A DNA stretch of 64,000 nt, taken from contig OZ024741.1 in the NCBI GenBank assembly GCA_964016885.1, positions 2,666,001 through 2,730,000 of the forward strand, given 5' to 3'. Below are positions 60,285 to 64,000 of the stretch, one piece after another. Each line of letters starts with the position of its first letter. The first letter of the stretch is position 1. Both the position numbers and the translations under genes were made by a program. Origin of the DNA: Eledone cirrhosa. Its lineage: Eukaryota. The notes beneath the pieces were generated by a model. It was given only the letters and a program-made list of their open reading frames with translations. It had not been told where the DNA came from and did no database searches.

Positions 60285-60755
60285 TCTGAGAGTTGGAAGT
60301 GAGAGGTCAGGCACCCCAGGGCAGGATATTTACTGAGAGTGGGAAGGGAGAGGTCAGGCACCCCAGGGCAGGATATTTACTGAGAGTGGGAACTGAGAGG
60401 TGAGGTACCCCAGGGCAGGATATTTACCGAGAGTGGGAACTGGGAGGTGAGGTACCCTAGGGCAGGATATTTACTGAGAGTGGGAACTGGAAGGTGAGGC
60501 ACTCCAGGGCACGATATTTACTGAGAGTGGGAACTGAGAGGTGAGGTACCCCAGGGCAGGATATTTACTGAGAGTGGGAACTGGGAGGTGAGGTACCCCA
60601 GGGCAGGATATTTACTGAGAGTGGGAACTGGGAGGTGAGGCACCCTAGGGCAGGATATTTACTGAGAGTGGGAACTGGTAGGTGAGGCACCCTAGGGCAG
60701 GATATTTACTGAGAGTGGGAACTGGTAGGTGAGACACCCCAGGGCAGGATATTTA
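60285..60755 (+). repeat. 47-bp G-rich minisatellite, ~10 copies
   Basis: Unit actgagagtgggaactgggaggtgaggtaccccagggcaggatattt. Confidence 0.95.
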
Positions 60756-61195
60756 TTTACTATCTGCTTGGGGACCCAAATCATGTCAGGGCCTACTCCG
60801 CACATGAAGAAAGGGAAAAAAGAGCAGCATGTTGCTGCTATTGTTGTTGCTGCTGCTGTTACTACTGCTGCTACTATTGCGACTACTACTACTACTGCTA
60901 CTACATAACATACCACCCGCTCCGGGAATCAAACTCGCAACCTCACCATTGCGAATCCAATTCTTTAACAACTAAGACGTGCACTTTCACATAAAGCTAC
61001 ATACAGTCCGTAATACTAGATCTTTGGTTAAAACAGAAACCTTTCTTTGGGGCCAACTCATTATTGAAGAAGAAAGGTTAGAAGGAAAGTGAGTTGCTAC
61101 CATCCGGTCAAATTAAGGTCAAAGGGGCGAGTAGAATGAACCTCAGTTGGTTTTAATGAAGAGTTGTTCGATCAATGTGTCAGTCTAAGGCGTAC

Positions 61196-61275
<80 letters not shown>

Positions 61276-61516
61276 GATAGAGAGGGAGAGAGGGAAAGAG
61301 AGAAATAAGGAGAGAGGGAGAGAGAAAAGACTTCTACAAGACTAAAACTGTTTCAATCGTATGGAATCATCGGGAATGACTCCATACGAATGAAACAGTT
61401 CTAGTCCTGTAGAAGTCATTTCTATGTAAAATAAAGATGTCTACAATCTACCAACGTATTGAGTACTTTTTTTACTGTAATTTACCCCTGACACTGACAC
61501 AACTGAGGAGCCTACA

Positions 61517-61795
61517 TATATATATACTACTAAAACTCTGTGATTGTGTGCTTGTCTGTAATGTAATATAGCCAAAAGGGCGCATAATCGGAAAATACTT
61601 TGTAAGAAAGTTGCCCTGAAATGGAAATACAAATGGAATAAAACAGGTTTCGCGTAAATCGGAGCACGGGTTCTCGAGATACGTGGTTTTTCTGGGAATC
61701 TTCATAAATAGAGAAAGAGAATGATAGAGAGAAAGAGATAGTGGTTGTGTAAGTGTAGATTGAGAGAGAGATAGAGATAGCGAGAGATAGATAGG

Positions 61796-61893
<98 letters not shown>

Positions 61894-62000
61894 GATAGAG
61901 AAGGAAAATGGAAGAGAGATGTAAAAATATTTCTAAGTTAACATGATTTTAAAAAAATATTTTTAAGTGAACGTGACCCAACGGGTCTCGGGAGATCTAG
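61517..62000 (+). mobile_element. Helitron-like non-autonomous element containing a (GA)n tract
   Basis: 3' gaccc-aac-gggtc hairpin followed by CTAG-t; 5' tatatactactaaaactctg. Confidence 0.45.
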
Positions 62001-62161
62001 TTATATATAAATACCACCATATCACAAGGTCAGTTGGCTTTCCTGATGGTTTCCTTCAAATGAAACAGTTCTAGTCCTGTAGACATTTCTATTTTAAACA
62101 TTTTTACTCTACTGTGTATTGAGTACGTTACTTGCTGTGGTTACTCCCGATTGAACCCGTG

Positions 62162-62321
<160 letters not shown>

Positions 62322-63748
62322 AATTAGTATATCTACCAACATATGTATACAGATGCATACCTATGCTACCAAATATATAGGTTTTGTCTTAGTAACTTTG
62401 TAGTTCAATGCAAGGGGATGCAGAACAATTATATGAAAGACGTAAAATAAGAGAATTATGAAAATTAACTTACTTACTGAAATTTCACTCCAACTAATTA
62501 GTTTCTGTAAGGGAATAAATATCGTTACGTAACGTAATCATAGAGAATCCTTACGTCATCAGGGAGTCTATTCTCAGCTAAGTTACTAGGCAATGCGTGG
62601 ACACAGGGAACTCATATAAAAATAATTCAGTGGATGAAAAAAAGCGAGCGGGGACTAAATTCCAGGACATTGAAAAAACTCACTGCCTACTTGGTCAGTG
62701 GCAAATTCAAAAGAATCAATCACGTGACACTGAGGTTAATCAGTGAGGAGTGGGATGCTAATAAGACAGGTATGTATCTGTATACATATGTTGGTAGATA
62801 TACTAATTCTTTATAATTATCTCCAAATTATTTGTTGAGTAAAAATTTGCCGAAATTACTACTATGGTTCATGGTAGTGGTCAGGCCCCTGTCTTATTAG
62901 CATCCCACTCCTCACTGATTAACCTCAGTGTCACGTGATTGATTCTTTTGAATTTGCCACTGACCAAGTAGGCAGTGAATTTTTTCAATGTCCTGGAATT
63001 TAGTTCCCGCTCGCTTTTTTCTATCCACTGAATTATTTTTATATGAGTTCCCTGTGTCCACGCATTGCCTAGGAACTTAGCTGAGAATAGACTCCCTGAT
63101 GACGTAAGGATTCTCTATGATTACGTTACGTAACCATATTTATTCCCTTACAGAAACTAATTAGTTGGAGTGAAATTTTAGTAAGTAAGTTAATTTTCAT
63201 AATTCTCTTATTTTACGTCTTTCATATAATTGTTCTGCATCCCCTTGCATTGAACTACAAAGTTACTAAGACAAAACCTATATATTTGGTAGCATAAGTA
63301 TGCATCTGTATACATATGTTGGTAGATATACTAATTCTTTATAATTATCTCCAAATTATTTGTTGAGTAAAAATTTGCCGAAATTACTACTATGGTTCAT
63401 GGTAGTGGTCAGGCCCCTGTCTTATTAGCATCCCACTCCTCACTGATTAACCTCATCGTCACGTGATTGATTCTTTTGAATTTGCCACTGACAAAGTAGG
63501 CAGTGAATTTTTTCAATGTCCTGGAATTTAGTCCCCGCTCGCTATTTTCCATCCACTGAATTATTTTTATATGAGTTCCCTGTGTCCACGCATTGCCTAG
63601 GAACTTAGCTGAGAATAGACTCCCTGATGACGTAAGGATTCTCTATGATTACGTTACGTAACCATATTTATTCCCTTACAGAAACTCTATTAGTTGGAGT
63701 GAAATTTTAGTAAGTAAGTTAATTTTCATAATTCTCTTATTTTACGTC

Positions 63749-63755
<7 letters not shown>
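62322..63755 (+). repeat. Retrozyme/pLTR-like array: inverted copy (62322-62770) plus ~1.9 direct 528-bp monomers; hammerheads at 62487-62567(-), 63091-63171(+), 63619-63700(+)
   Basis: actcc-CTGATGA-c-gtaagg...ccttac-a-GAAAC-taatta-GTT-ggagt; period 62771 to 63299. Confidence 0.88.
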
Positions 63756-63792
<37 letters not shown>

Positions 63793-64000
63793 GGATACTA
63801 TTTATAGTTATGTATATTTTAAGCTATAAACAGGGAAGATCAGTAATTTATTACTACCTTATTACCAGTAAGATAAATAGCTCAATGTAAGAACATCAGT
63901 TGTTCTACAGAGCAGTTATATAGAATTCACAAGAATCAAAGCTATGTACAAATCATTTATTCACTTACAATTGTTTCATCCAAACCTAGGCTTGGAGTCT

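Overview
AT-rich, microsatellite-saturated eukaryotic DNA. It is probably from an invertebrate, and the SINE and repeat landscape suggests an octopus or other cephalopod (inference). No intact host gene is evident, and almost all listed ORFs are translations of (TA)n/(CA)n tracts. The dominant signal is a large, nested set of Penelope-like element (PLE) remnants and retrozyme-like tandem arrays embedded in (TA)n tracts. By hand I read roughly 45 type I hammerhead ribozyme (HHR) motifs, intact or degenerate, from about 14 apparently unrelated sequence families. These include a 466-bp x ~11.5 array, a 310-bp x 2.6 array and a 528-bp array, each with one HHR per monomer. Three families carry a non-canonical U3-A8 core (UUGANAA), and several have greatly extended stem II. 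Many insertions share one architecture: (TA)n, an inverted partial copy, a forward copy with a fixed 3' tail, then (TA)n. Three GIY-YIG endonuclease remnant types link these to PLEs. The window also holds Tx1/L1-like LINE 3' ends in (TCTA)n, tRNA-derived SINEs, non-autonomous Helitron-like elements, minisatellites, a 200-N gap and a repeat-poor 30.5-38.5 kb block with a repeated motif module. All structures were read by eye; no folding or database searches were run.
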